From IMG/VR virus record IMGVR_UViG_3300006213_000874: a stretch of DNA of 64,000 nt; one strand, given 5' to 3'. The notes beneath the pieces are model-generated. The model ran no database searches and was not told where the DNA came from. It saw only the letters and a list, made by a program, of their open reading frames with translations. The position numbers and the translations under genes are program-made. Positions 1 to 9,215 of the stretch are shown here, one piece after another (within the stretch, counting starts at the first letter, position 1; each line of letters begins with the position of its first letter). The stretch is from an uncultured virus (IMG/VR IMGVR_UViG_3300006213_000874). Lineage: Duplodnaviria > Heunggongvirae > Uroviricota > Caudoviricetes.

Positions 1-1821
1 TAGGATTTTAGGCCAAGCTATCTGAAAATCGTGCAGTTTATTCAAAAACTGGCGCAAAGGCCGGTGTTAAGCGCGTTTACGGCTACAGCGACGGAGCGGG
101 TCAAAGAAGATATCGCCTGTGTGCTCAGCCTGCAGCAGCCGAACATACTTGTGACCGGGTTTGACCGGAAAAATCTGTATTTTGCAGTGGAAACACCACG
201 CAAAAAAGACAGCTATATTATGGAATACATGATGGGACACCCGGACGAAAGCGGCATTATATACTGTGCGACAAGGAAAAATGTAGATGCTTTATACCAA
301 AAACTGCAAAACGCGGGCGTTTTGGCGACAAGGTATCACGCGGGGTTATCCGCGGCAGAACGCAGGCAGAACCAGGAAGATTTTATTTATGACAAAACGC
401 CGGTTATGGTTGCAACCAACGCGTTTGGAATGGGGATAGACAAATCCAATGTCCGTTATGTGATCCATTACAACATGCCGCAGAGTCTTGAGAATTACTA
501 TCAGGAAGCGGGCAGGGCGGGCCGTGACGGCGAACGAGCGGAATGCGTCCTGCTGTATTCGGCGCAGGATGTGATGATCAACCGGTTTTTGTTAGACAGC
601 AAGGAGCCGAATGAGGAACAGACAAAAGAAGATCTGGCAGCTATCAGGGAACGGGATGAGGAACGTTTGCGCATTATGACCTATTACTGTCTGACGACAG
701 ACTGCCTGCGGACGTATATCCTGCGTTATTTTGGAGAAGCAGGGCCAGTGCGCTGTGAAAATTGCTTAAACTGTGCGCGCGAATACGAAGAAACGGATGT
801 TACACAAGCGGCGGAAAAAATCATAGCCGGAATCCGCGAAGCCAGGCAGCGGTATGGGATCCATGTGATCGCCGGGATGCTGGCAGGAGAAAACCGCGCA
901 AAGCTGCGGGAATACGGGCTGTTAGAATATCTGTCATATGGCAGCTTAAAGGAATTGGGGGAAGCGGAAATCAAAAGGATTATCCATCAAATGCTGGAGC
1001 AAAAGCTGCTGTCCGTGACGAATGACAGGTACGGGCTTTTGCGGGTCAGCGCCGATGCGGCGCAGCGGCTGCAGGCAGGGCAGCGTGTGATTCTAAAAAA
1101 GGTGAAGCAGGAAGCGGAGAAAGCATCCACAGCCAGAAAGGAATCCGCCGCGAAGATGCGCAGATCGGATATTTTAAATTCCAAAGGGCTGGAGCTGTTT
1201 GAAAAACTCCGCCTGCTGCGTACGCAGATCGCGCGGGAAGAAAGTATGCCGCCATATATTATTTTTTCCGACCGGACGCTGGTCGACCTCTGCGTAAAAG
1301 CACCGCTGCAAAAAGAGGAAATGATGCAGGTATCGGGTGTCGGGGAACATAAGTTTGCACGGTATGGAGAGCGTTTTCTGGAACAGATCCGCGCGTTTAC
1401 CGGGGGAATCCGTGAAAAATATTATTTTGGTGAACGGGAGGAAGTGCAGGATCAAAGTGGTCTGCTTGCAGGAGCCAGGGCGAAAAAGACAGACTTTTTT
1501 CTCACGCCCGAACAGGCGGCGGATTTTCCTTATGCGGAAAAATACCTGGTAACGGAAATTGCGGAAAAGCTGAACAGCCTGCGTGATGCGCAGACAACCA
1601 AGAAAATATCCGGCGCGGAATTGTTCCGCCGCATGCAGGCCAAAGAATATGCGGGAGAAGAACGTAAGGATGGGATCTGGAAAAAGTTCGTTACCCAAAA
1701 AGGACAGGACGCGGGGCTGTGGATCGGTATGCGGATGAGCAGGAACGGCATGGAATATGAAGACATTTATTATAATGAAAATGCGCAGAGGATGATTGTA
1801 GAACTGGTTTGTACCAAATAG
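1..1821 (+). CDS. recQ: RecQ family DNA helicase, 3' part (helicase C, Zn/RQC, HRDC); in-frame TAG at 1-3
   Basis: DFRPSY, FTATAT, YHAGL, VATNAFGMGIDKSNVR, YYQEAGRAGRDG motifs; HRDC-like PPYIIFSDRTL. The 5' part lies outside the window. Confidence 0.95.
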
Positions 1822-1828
1822 GCAAAAT

Positions 1829-1868
1829 AAAATCCCGCAGGATTTAACGGTTGGGCCTGCGGGATTTT
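1829..1868 (+). terminator. Intrinsic terminator (probably bidirectional) after recQ
   Basis: aaaatcccgcagg...cctgcgggatttt inverted repeat with A/T tracts on both sides. Confidence 0.8.
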
Positions 1869-1885
1869 ACTGAGTTTCATGTCAG

Positions 1886-1951
1886 AGCAGGTAATGGGAA
1901 CCCACCCTACCAGCTTGGGAAGCTGGTGTACTACCGATATACGATACCTGC
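1886..1951 (-). pseudogene. tRNA-Gly(CCC) with 5-nt T-loop deletion
   Basis: Minus strand: GCAGGTA acceptor, CCAGC-TTCCCAA-GCTGG anticodon arm, T-arm GTGGG-TT-CCCAT (only TT left of the loop), TACCTGC-T; 66 nt. Confidence 0.8.
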
Positions 1952-2362
1952 ATGATTGCTGAAATTGCTAAACTGCTGTTTTGAATTTTTTGTTCTTATT
2001 TTGTGCTCTCTCGAACACCTGTAAACATAGTATAACGCATTTGCTTTTAGATTTCAAGTAAAAAATTTCAAAAAATGCAAAAAGTACCACCGGTAATTTT
2101 TGGCATGAATGGTAATTTACCATACCGGCCACTTGAAAAACAGGCGCATAGCGGGCTATGTAACTGATTTTTGCCTGGTTCTATCAGAGAAAAAGACAAG
2201 TAAGTTTGTTCGATTATTTCTTTCCGGTTCCATACCTATCGAAAGAAAGAGTGAAATTTAAACGGGATTGCAATTGTGTCCGTGTATGAAATATGTTAGA
2301 ATAAAAAAACATGGATTACGATAAACGGGCACACGCTGCCTGGCACAATAGGAGGATGATTT

Positions 2363-3268
2363 ATGCCGATTAAGATTCAGGATGCGCTTCCGGCGCGTGA
2401 AATTCTGGAAAATGAAAATATATTTGTCATGACGGAGTACCGTGCGATGCATCAGGATATCCGTCCGCTCAGCGTACTGATGCTGAATCTGATGCCGACA
2501 AAGATTGTTACGGAAACACAGTTTTTGCGCAAGCTGTCCAATTCCCCGCTTCAGGTGGAAGTGGAGTTTTTGCATATGGCCAGCCATGTGTCCACGCATG
2601 TGGACCAGACGCACTTAAACACCTTTTACCAGGTATTTGACCAGATCCGGGATAAAAAATATGACGGAATGATTATTACCGGAGCGCCGTTAGATTTTGT
2701 GGCATTTGAGGATGTAGATTATTGGGAAGAGCTAAAAGAGATCATGGAATGGACAAAGACGCATGTACACTGTACGCTGCATTCCTGCTGGGGATCATTT
2801 GCCGGATTGTATTATCATTACGGCATCCAGAAACAGGACCGCGATGAAAAGCTGTCAGGGATTTATACACATCAGGTGATCAAGAAAAAATCGCCGCTGT
2901 TTCGTGGTTTCGATGATATTTTTTATGCGCCCCACTCCAGGGCGACCGAGATTACAGCCGAACAGATTCAGGCCATACCGGAGCTGGAAATTATGGCGGT
3001 ATCGGACGAAGCAGGCGTCGCCATTGCGAAAAGTACGGACAGCAGGCAGTTTTTTATTACCTGCCATCCGGAATACGACTCCGATACGTTAAAACTGGAA
3101 TACGAGCGGGATGTCAAAAAAGGCATGCATCCACAGATTCCCGTCCATTATTTTCCGGATGACGACCCGGCGAAAGAGCCGGTTGTAAACTGGCGGTCCG
3201 CGGCGCAGCTTTTGATATCAAACTGGCTGAATTATTATGTATACCAGAGTACTCCGTATGAGCTGTAG
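2363..3268 (+). CDS. metA: Homoserine O-acyltransferase (MetA family)
   Basis: MPIKI start, LNLMPTK, ITGAP, catalytic CWG, HPEY, NWLNYYVYQxTPY; GGAGG RBS. Confidence 0.96.
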   Translation: MPIKIQDALPAREILENENIFVMTEYRAMHQDIRPLSVLMLNLMPTKIVTETQFLRKLSNSPLQVEVEFLHMASHVSTHVDQTHLNTFYQVFDQIRDKKYDGMIITGAPLDFVAFEDVDYWEELKEIMEWTKTHVHCTLHSCWGSFAGLYYHYGIQKQDRDEKLSGIYTHQVIKKKSPLFRGFDDIFYAPHSRATEITAEQIQAIPELEIMAVSDEAGVAIAKSTDSRQFFITCHPEYDSDTLKLEYERDVKKGMHPQIPVHYFPDDDPAKEPVVNWRSAAQLLISNWLNYYVYQSTPYEL

Positions 3269-3360
3269 GAATATTTATGAAATAGCGGTTTTATGCGGGT
3301 TTTCAATGCGTTTTCATTTTTACGAAACCTCACATAATTTAACAATTATTCACGGAAAAA

Positions 3361-3424
3361 CGGTGTATTAATGGTGTAAATGGTGTAGTAAATGGTGCAG
3401 TAAATTTTAAAAATGGTGTAGCAG
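3361..3424 (+). repeat. Five GGTG(T/C)A direct repeats, putative integrase arm-type sites of the att junction
   Basis: GGTGTA at 3362, 3373, 3382, 3415 and GGTGCA at 3394, about 100 bp past the metA stop. Confidence 0.65.
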
Positions 3425-3507
3425 AAAAAGGAAAGGGCCTTGATATTTTTCTTGACCATTGTCAGTATTAGACATATAATGTGATTATATTAAGAAAGGG
3501 GGTATTT

Positions 3508-3939
3508 ATGTCTGATAATATTGATTTAGAAACAGATTCAGAAAATACTGTTGTCGAAGAAGAAGCCCAGGGAATCGCGATGGAGCTGCTGCACGATTTG
3601 AAGGAGCATAACCGGAGGATGGACGATCATAACAAGAGGCTCGTTTCCGCTCTTAAAATGTCTGCGATATCTTTCGGAGCGACTGTAATCATTGTGGTCG
3701 GGATGTTTTTCTTTGGCATGCTGTTTTTCTTAAATCAGTACGAGTTTGAGAACTATTCACAGGATGGTGGCGGTTACAATAATATTAACACTGGGGAACA
3801 GGGGGATTTGTACAACGGGGCAGAAATATCAGAGGATGAAAAAGAAGAACGGCAAAGCGAAAGGAATGATTCACAAGAAGCCGTCCAATGGCCGGAACAA
3901 GAATCGGAGCCGGAGAACAAAGAAAAGGATAATAATTAA
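3508..3939 (+). CDS. Phage single-pass membrane protein with acidic C-terminus
   Basis: RBS before ATG 3508; hydrophobic FGATVIIVVGMFFFGMLFFL segment. Confidence 0.75.
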   Translation: MSDNIDLETDSENTVVEEEAQGIAMELLHDLKEHNRRMDDHNKRLVSALKMSAISFGATVIIVVGMFFFGMLFFLNQYEFENYSQDGGGYNNINTGEQGDLYNGAEISEDEKEERQSERNDSQEAVQWPEQESEPENKEKDNN

Positions 3940-4010
3940 ATTTAGGAAAAAATAAAGGATTTTGTCAATAAAAGCTTTGTAATATTTGGTTTAAAGGGGT
4001 GGTATCTACG

Positions 4011-4217
4011 TTGAAAGTGCCCGATTTTACATTGCCAGAATTGGAATACATAAAGAAAAACGGAAATCTAACGCCGAGAGAGGCGGAGGTACTTGAATTG
4101 AGAAATCAAGAATACCCTCCGACCATAGAGAGCATTGCTGAAACGTGGGGGTGCAGTCCGTCTACAGTCAGTAAAACCATAGGAAGTCTAAAGAAAAAGA
4201 TAATAAGGCTTTTGTAA
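4011..4217 (+). CDS. Small LuxR/sigma-region-4-like HTH regulator
   Basis: LTPREAEVLEL...IAETWGCSPSTVS. Confidence 0.75.
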   Translation: MKVPDFTLPELEYIKKNGNLTPREAEVLELRNQEYPPTIESIAETWGCSPSTVSKTIGSLKKKIIRLL

Positions 4218-4309
4218 TGGTTTAAACAATATTACAATTTCACTACAAGAACATGCTATTGAGTATGTTCTTTTTTGTTTGTAAAATAAAATTCATAGGA
4301 GGTATTTCT

Positions 4310-4516
4310 ATGAATTTAAGTTTTTTATCAAAAGAACAGTCGGAAGAATATAAAAACAAGATGAACTTGACGGAAGATGAAGATCAGATTTTTGATATGT
4401 TAACAAAGAATTATTCTGTTGTCAAGATTTCAGATATTATGCAAATGTCAACTCGGACGGTCGACAGAAGAATTAAAAATATCAAATCGAAAATGAAAAA
4501 TCTAAATCTGGTTTAA
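4310..4516 (+). CDS. Small LuxR/sigma-region-4-like HTH regulator
   Basis: GGAGG RBS; LTEDEDQIF...ISDIMQMSTRTVDRRIKNIK. Confidence 0.78.
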   Translation: MNLSFLSKEQSEEYKNKMNLTEDEDQIFDMLTKNYSVVKISDIMQMSTRTVDRRIKNIKSKMKNLNLV

Positions 4517-4692
4517 TGGCCGGATTTTTCTATGCAGTCTATTAGGTAGCTATTCAAACTATTAAATCCTTTTTCTTTTGCTAATTTCCCCCATTCCTCT
4601 TTTTTCCCCTTTTTTGCCATTATCGTTATCCTATCATAATTTTTCTCATTCCAACGGTTTTTAACTTCCGATGATGTTTTTGTTTTTACCAT
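4513..4692 (-). CDS. Arc-like ribbon-helix-helix protein
   Basis: RWNEKNYDRITIMAKKGKKEEW...SLNSYL; GGAGG RBS on the minus strand. Confidence 0.72.
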   Translation of the reverse strand: MVKTKTSSEVKNRWNEKNYDRITIMAKKGKKEEWGKLAKEKGFNSLNSYLIDCIEKSGH

Positions 4693-4723
4693 GACGAAAC
4701 CTCCATTTTTAATAAACAGTATA

Positions 4724-4761
4724 ATACTTTTGCAAGTATGTTGCAATACTTTATAAAGTAT
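4724..4761. promoter_or_regulatory. Paired palindromic operators in divergent promoters
   Basis: atacttttgcaagtat and atactttataaagtat overlapping TTGCAA/TATAAT elements. Confidence 0.6.
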
Positions 4762-4792
4762 GCTATAATGAAAATAAATGGAGGTGTTGAAA

Positions 4793-5767
4793 ATGGCAGA
4801 TTTAAATTGCTTGTGGGGAATATACTACGATATGATAAAAAGATGTTATGATAAAAATTATTTTTTATACAAAAGTTATGGAGAAATCGGAGTAACCGTT
4901 TGCCCTGAATGGTTAAATAATAGAAGTAGTTTTAACGAATGGGCAAATTTGAAAAATTACAAAAAGGGAATGCGCTTAAAATTGCGTGAAAAAGAAGTTG
5001 GATATTTTCCGAGTAATTGCTATTTTAGTAACAAAAGAGAAAGAAAGTTAAAAGAAAATAAACAAAAAGAAGGCAGTAAAACATACAGAAGTGATAAATT
5101 CAAAAGTATTTTAGGCGTTGAAAAATATATAGATAGTCCTATATACATATCTTATTATGCAATGATTGATAGATGTTGTAATCCGAAGAACAAGTCCTAT
5201 AAATGGTATGGCGCAAAAGGCATAAAAGTATGTGATGAATGGACAGAAGATATAATCGGATTTGAAAGATTTTCTGTTTGGTCTTTAGGGAATGGGTGGA
5301 GAAAAGGTCTTACAATAGACAGAATAAATGCGGATAAAGATTATTGCCCAGAAAATTGTAGGTGGATAACTATACAAGAACAGCAGATAAACAAATCAAA
5401 TTCTTTAAATTTTATGTATAGTGGTCAGATTAGAAATTTATCGGAAATAGCGAAAGAAAATAATTTGTGTTATTCAAATTTGTATAGGAAAATAATGTAT
5501 GATAATTATTCTGTTGAAGATGCGATAAATTATTTAAAAAGAAGAAGAAAAGGAAAGAAAAATAGCATGTACCATTCAAAACAAGTTGCGCAAATAGATA
5601 GTAATGGAGAAATAGCAAAAGTTTTTCCAAGCGCAAAATCAGCGGCTGATTCCTACGGAAAATCTTCTGGAAGCTTAACAAAGGCTTGTAGAAACGGGAC
5701 AACATGGTTGGGGAAAAGATGGAAATATATAACCGAAGATGAATATGACGAATTTTTAAAAAAGTAG
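4793..5767 (+). CDS. HNH-type homing endonuclease-like protein (duplicated domain, NUMOD1-like C-terminus)
   Basis: MIDRCCNP..YGAKGIKVCDEW..LTIDRINADKDYCPENCRW; C-terminal FPSAKSAA. Confidence 0.8.
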   Translation: MADLNCLWGIYYDMIKRCYDKNYFLYKSYGEIGVTVCPEWLNNRSSFNEWANLKNYKKGMRLKLREKEVGYFPSNCYFSNKRERKLKENKQKEGSKTYRSDKFKSILGVEKYIDSPIYISYYAMIDRCCNPKNKSYKWYGAKGIKVCDEWTEDIIGFERFSVWSLGNGWRKGLTIDRINADKDYCPENCRWITIQEQQINKSNSLNFMYSGQIRNLSEIAKENNLCYSNLYRKIMYDNYSVEDAINYLKRRRKGKKNSMYHSKQVAQIDSNGEIAKVFPSAKSAADSYGKSSGSLTKACRNGTTWLGKRWKYITEDEYDEFLKK

Positions 5768-5840
5768 CTTTTAAAAGAGGCGTAAACTTGTCGTTTTCGT
5801 CTCTTTTTTATATGGTAAAACAATTACAGGAGATGATTTT

Positions 5841-6071
5841 ATGTTCAATGATGACCTTTTGTGCAAAATCTTCGCGCATGAGGAAATGCAAAAAATTCCT
5901 ATAGGGACACAAGCAACAGCTGTCCATGTGTTTGAAGAAATCTTAGAAGATATATTGGAGGAAAATCCATATGAGCAATTATCCGGCTTACTCGTACCAG
6001 CAACCCCAGATGATGGGGTATCAGCAGAATTTCAATCAGACTATGCAGATGCAGAACCCCTATATGGATAG
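5841..6071 (+). CDS. Phage hypothetical protein
   Basis: GGAG RBS; 76-aa ORF overlapping the next gene. Confidence 0.6.
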   Translation: MFNDDLLCKIFAHEEMQKIPIGTQATAVHVFEEILEDILEENPYEQLSGLLVPATPDDGVSAEFQSDYADAEPLYG

Positions 6072-6495
6072 GTCTGTGCAGATGCAGCAATATCAGCAGG
6101 GGCAGCAGGTGCTACCAACACAAATGCAGGGAGCATATCAGCAGCCCGGACTTATCGGGAAAATGGTGAATGACGTGTCTATGGTTTCCCCAAACGATGT
6201 ACCTATGGATGGAAACATTGCCATTTTCCCAAAGGGAGACATGTCTGAAATCTACTGTAAGCAGTGGAAGCAGGACGGGACCATTCAGACAGTCGTTTAT
6301 AAGCCTGTTTTAGAACAGAATCAGACAGAGGCTACAAATACACCGCAGATGGATTTTAGCGCCTTAAATGAGGACGTTAGGGCGCTTAGGGAAGATATAA
6401 AAGGTGTTCGGGATATGATTGAAAAATCTATGGCGGTTCCGGCAACTAAAACATCCCAGAGAGGGAAGAAAGCGGAGGTAAGTGCTGATGAATAG
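5971..6495 (+). CDS. Gln/Met-rich phage protein
   Basis: GGAGG RBS; Q/M-rich N-terminus then VPMDG..FPK..IYCKQW domain. Confidence 0.8.
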   Translation: MSNYPAYSYQQPQMMGYQQNFNQTMQMQNPYMDRSVQMQQYQQGQQVLPTQMQGAYQQPGLIGKMVNDVSMVSPNDVPMDGNIAIFPKGDMSEIYCKQWKQDGTIQTVVYKPVLEQNQTEATNTPQMDFSALNEDVRALREDIKGVRDMIEKSMAVPATKTSQRGKKAEVSADE

Positions 6496-6766
6496 ACAAA
6501 TGCAGATACAGCAGATGATGGGAAATCCACAGTTTCAACAGCAGTACCAACAGAGATTAAGAGTGATGAACCCAGCACAGATTTTAGACCAGATAGCAAA
6601 CAACCCCAAAATGATGGAAAATCCAATGGTGAAAAACATCATGGAAATGCGGAATAACCACGACACCGAGGGGCTGACCGGAATGGCAGAAAATATGTTC
6701 CGCGAAAACGGGAGAGATTATGGAGAGTTTGAAAGCGGATTGAAACAGCAGTTAGGGTTTAAATGA
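6488..6766 (+). CDS. Gln/Met/Asn-rich small phage protein
   Basis: GGAGG RBS; coupled to the upstream stop; MMGNP/NPM repeats. Confidence 0.75.
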   Translation: MNRQMQIQQMMGNPQFQQQYQQRLRVMNPAQILDQIANNPKMMENPMVKNIMEMRNNHDTEGLTGMAENMFRENGRDYGEFESGLKQQLGFK

Positions 6767-6923
6767 ACGGACCCAAGCAGTGTGTTTTAATGTATAAAAT
6801 TCAGAAAATCCTTGAATTTATAAGGTTTTTCTGGCGGACCACACAAAGTACATATTAGGGTTTGGCGCGCAGATAAAAACCGGTTCCCTATTTGTAAATA
6901 CACTTCAAATAGGAGGCACTAAT

Positions 6924-7856
6924 ATGTTTAATTCAAACAATTCAACACCATTTACGATGCCGGTACAACCTGCCGGATATGGAAACGGCGGTGGCTTTGG
7001 TGGCTGGGGAGATGACTGGATTGCCCTGATTGTACTGGCTATGGTATTCGGCTATGGAAACTTCGGTTTCGGCGGCATGGGCGGCATGGGTGGCATGGGA
7101 ATGTTCTGGCCGTTTATGATGGGCGGTTTTGGAGGATTCGGCGGTAACGGCTGCGGATGCGGCGGAACGAATGCCATCGATGCATCCATCCAGCGCGGAT
7201 TTGATACCCAGTCCATAATCGGAAAGTTAGACGGTATCAACAACGGCTTATGTGACGGCTTCTATGCAGTCAACACGTCCATTCTGAACTCACAAAGCGG
7301 CATCCAGAACAGTTTGTGTCAGGGCTTTAACGGCGTGAACACAAATATCATGCAGGGCAACTTTGGTTTGCAACAGGCTATCAACGGTGCTTCTGTGGCT
7401 AATATGCAGGGACAGAACGCTTTGCAGAGCCAGTTAGCAAGCTGCTGCTGCGAAACGCAGAGAGCAATTGACGGTGTAAACTATAACATGGCGACCAATA
7501 CCTGTGCTATTACCAATCAGATGAACAACAACACCAGAGACATTATCGAGAGCAACAATGCTGGTACAAGAGCAATCCTTGACTACCTGTGCCAGAAAGA
7601 AAATGCAGACCTTCGGGCAGAAAACCAGAGCCTTAGACTGGAGAAGAGCCAGACGGCACAGAACGCATTTATTGCAGCAAACCAGAGCGCACAGACAGCC
7701 GAACTCATTAGGCGATTGGGGGCTGATTGCCCGGTTAATGCCGTGGTGGTTCAGCCGAACACGCCTGTTACTTTCCCGACAAACTGCTGCGGTGGTGTAA
7801 ACTACGCAGGATATGGCAATAACGGCGGGTGCGGCTGCAATAGTGGCTGCTGCTAA
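6924..7856 (+). CDS. Gly/Asn/Cys-rich phage protein with N-terminal hydrophobic helix (spore-coat-like composition)
   Basis: GGAGG RBS; WIALIVLAMVFG, GCGCG, SCCCET, C-terminal GCGCNSGCC. Confidence 0.85.
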   Translation: MFNSNNSTPFTMPVQPAGYGNGGGFGGWGDDWIALIVLAMVFGYGNFGFGGMGGMGGMGMFWPFMMGGFGGFGGNGCGCGGTNAIDASIQRGFDTQSIIGKLDGINNGLCDGFYAVNTSILNSQSGIQNSLCQGFNGVNTNIMQGNFGLQQAINGASVANMQGQNALQSQLASCCCETQRAIDGVNYNMATNTCAITNQMNNNTRDIIESNNAGTRAILDYLCQKENADLRAENQSLRLEKSQTAQNAFIAANQSAQTAELIRRLGADCPVNAVVVQPNTPVTFPTNCCGGVNYAGYGNNGGCGCNSGCC

Positions 7857-7948
7857 TGGATGCGAAAGAAACTGATACTCTCGCCATTCTTGACGAGATT
7901 ATCAGAAATCAGGAAGAAATACTAAGAAAACTCGCCAACATAAGTTAG
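7856..7948 (+). CDS. 30-aa coiled-coil peptide
   Basis: TAATG overlap with the previous stop; LDEIIRNQEEILRKL. Confidence 0.45.
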   Translation: MDAKETDTLAILDEIIRNQEEILRKLANIS

Positions 7949-7989
7949 GCTGATTATTCCCCACAACAAAGGTGGGTTGATTATAAGCT

Positions 7990-8021
7990 AAGGGGCGAGA
8001 TGTAACAGTCTTGTCCCTTTT
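7990..8021 (+). terminator. Intrinsic terminator
   Basis: aaggggcgaga...tcttgtccctttt. Confidence 0.65.
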
Positions 8022-8043
8022 GCGTTGTACATTGACAACTGAA

Positions 8044-8741
8044 TATGGCTAACAGTTTGTATGCTTTATGCTTGCAATTTTCTCTGTTTGTGATATAATA
8101 AATGTGACACATAAATTCATAGGAGTGTTGCGAATGGCAGGTAGACCAAAGAAAACAGACGACGAAAAACGGACAAACTTTATAAATGTCCGCTTGAATA
8201 ATTCGGAGAAAGAAAAACTTGAATTTCTATCGGAAAAGCAAGGAATTTCAAAACATCAAGTTATCAGAAACGGGATTGAATTGCAGTATAAGGAGGAAAA
8301 AATGAATAGGAAAATTAAGTTTAGGGCGTGGTGTGAAACATATACTGGAACAAGCGGCATAAAGAAGTTTATGGAAAACTGTTTTAAGCAAATCAAATTA
8401 GAATCTACAAGCATCAATCCGCAAGGTAGTTTTATAGGAAAACAAGGAACTTGGAGCGGATTGCACGAAAGCGTATTTATGCAATACATAGGGATTGAAG
8501 ATAAAAACAAAAAGGAAATATATGAGAGCGATGTAGTAAAAATAGATGGAAAACGAGAACTTTTTACCGTTGTTTGGGTGTGTGATACCGCAAGGTTTGG
8601 ATTGCAAAGCAAGGGAGAACTTCTTTATTTTGAGTTGGGAATTGGAAGCAGGATTGAAGTTGTAGGAAATAAATACGAAAATCCAGAACTTTTGCAAAAC
8701 TAAATCATTTATCAAATAGAGCATACAAACTGTTAGCCATA
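8044..8741. repeat. Perfect 22-bp inverted repeat (8044-8065 / 8720-8741) flanking a self-promoted cassette
   Basis: tatggctaacagtttgtatgct versus agcatacaaactgttagccata. Confidence 0.92.
8134..8703 (+). CDS. RHH-YopX family fusion (internal start at 8302)
   Basis: MAGRPKK..INVRL RHH; IKFRAW, MQYIGIEDKNKKEIYESDVV, EVVGNKYENPELL are YopX motifs. Confidence 0.82.
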   Translation: MAGRPKKTDDEKRTNFINVRLNNSEKEKLEFLSEKQGISKHQVIRNGIELQYKEEKMNRKIKFRAWCETYTGTSGIKKFMENCFKQIKLESTSINPQGSFIGKQGTWSGLHESVFMQYIGIEDKNKKEIYESDVVKIDGKRELFTVVWVCDTARFGLQSKGELLYFELGIGSRIEVVGNKYENPELLQN

Positions 8742-8759
8742 GGAGGCTAGCAGTTTTTT
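8727..8759 (+). terminator. Intrinsic terminator whose 5' arm lies in the right inverted repeat
   Basis: aaactgttagcc-atagga-ggctagcagttt followed by T tract. Confidence 0.75.
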
Positions 8760-8785
8760 ATTTGGAGAAATGGAGGTTAAAATAT

Positions 8786-9199
8786 ATGGCATGTAAAAAT
8801 GTATGCAGGCTGTGCGACAGACTGATTTTGAGCCAGTCAATTACGTTTACTGGCGGCAATCTGGTTATCAATCTGCCCGCCGGAAGTTACAACAATAACT
8901 GCAAATACTGCATTGTCTTAGCACAGGCAATCCCGACAACTACGACAATCGGCGCACCTGTGGTATTCACAATCGGAACAGGAACACAGCTTTATCCTCT
9001 TGCGAACAGATGTTGCAGACCTGTTACGGCGTGTGGCGTGCGTACCCGCACAAAATATTCTGTATGCGTGGAGACGACGGAGACAGGGGCGACATTCAAA
9101 ATGCTTGGAAATCCGGCGTGTCAGCCGAACAACAACCTGCGGGCAGTTAATGGTACTGCACCCGTGTCAGAACCGGCAACACCAGAGGCAGGAGCATAG
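8786..9199 (+). CDS. Cys-rich beta-structured phage protein
   Basis: GGAGG RBS; MACKNVCRLC..NRCC. Confidence 0.8.
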   Translation: MACKNVCRLCDRLILSQSITFTGGNLVINLPAGSYNNNCKYCIVLAQAIPTTTTIGAPVVFTIGTGTQLYPLANRCCRPVTACGVRTRTKYSVCVETTETGATFKMLGNPACQPNNNLRAVNGTAPVSEPATPEAGA

Positions 9200-9215
9200 A
9201 GAGGAGGTAAAAAGT

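Noticed and set aside
3361..3424. CRISPR array
   Set aside because: Repeats are only 6-10 bp with no unique spacers and no cas genes; the same applies to 16687-16813.
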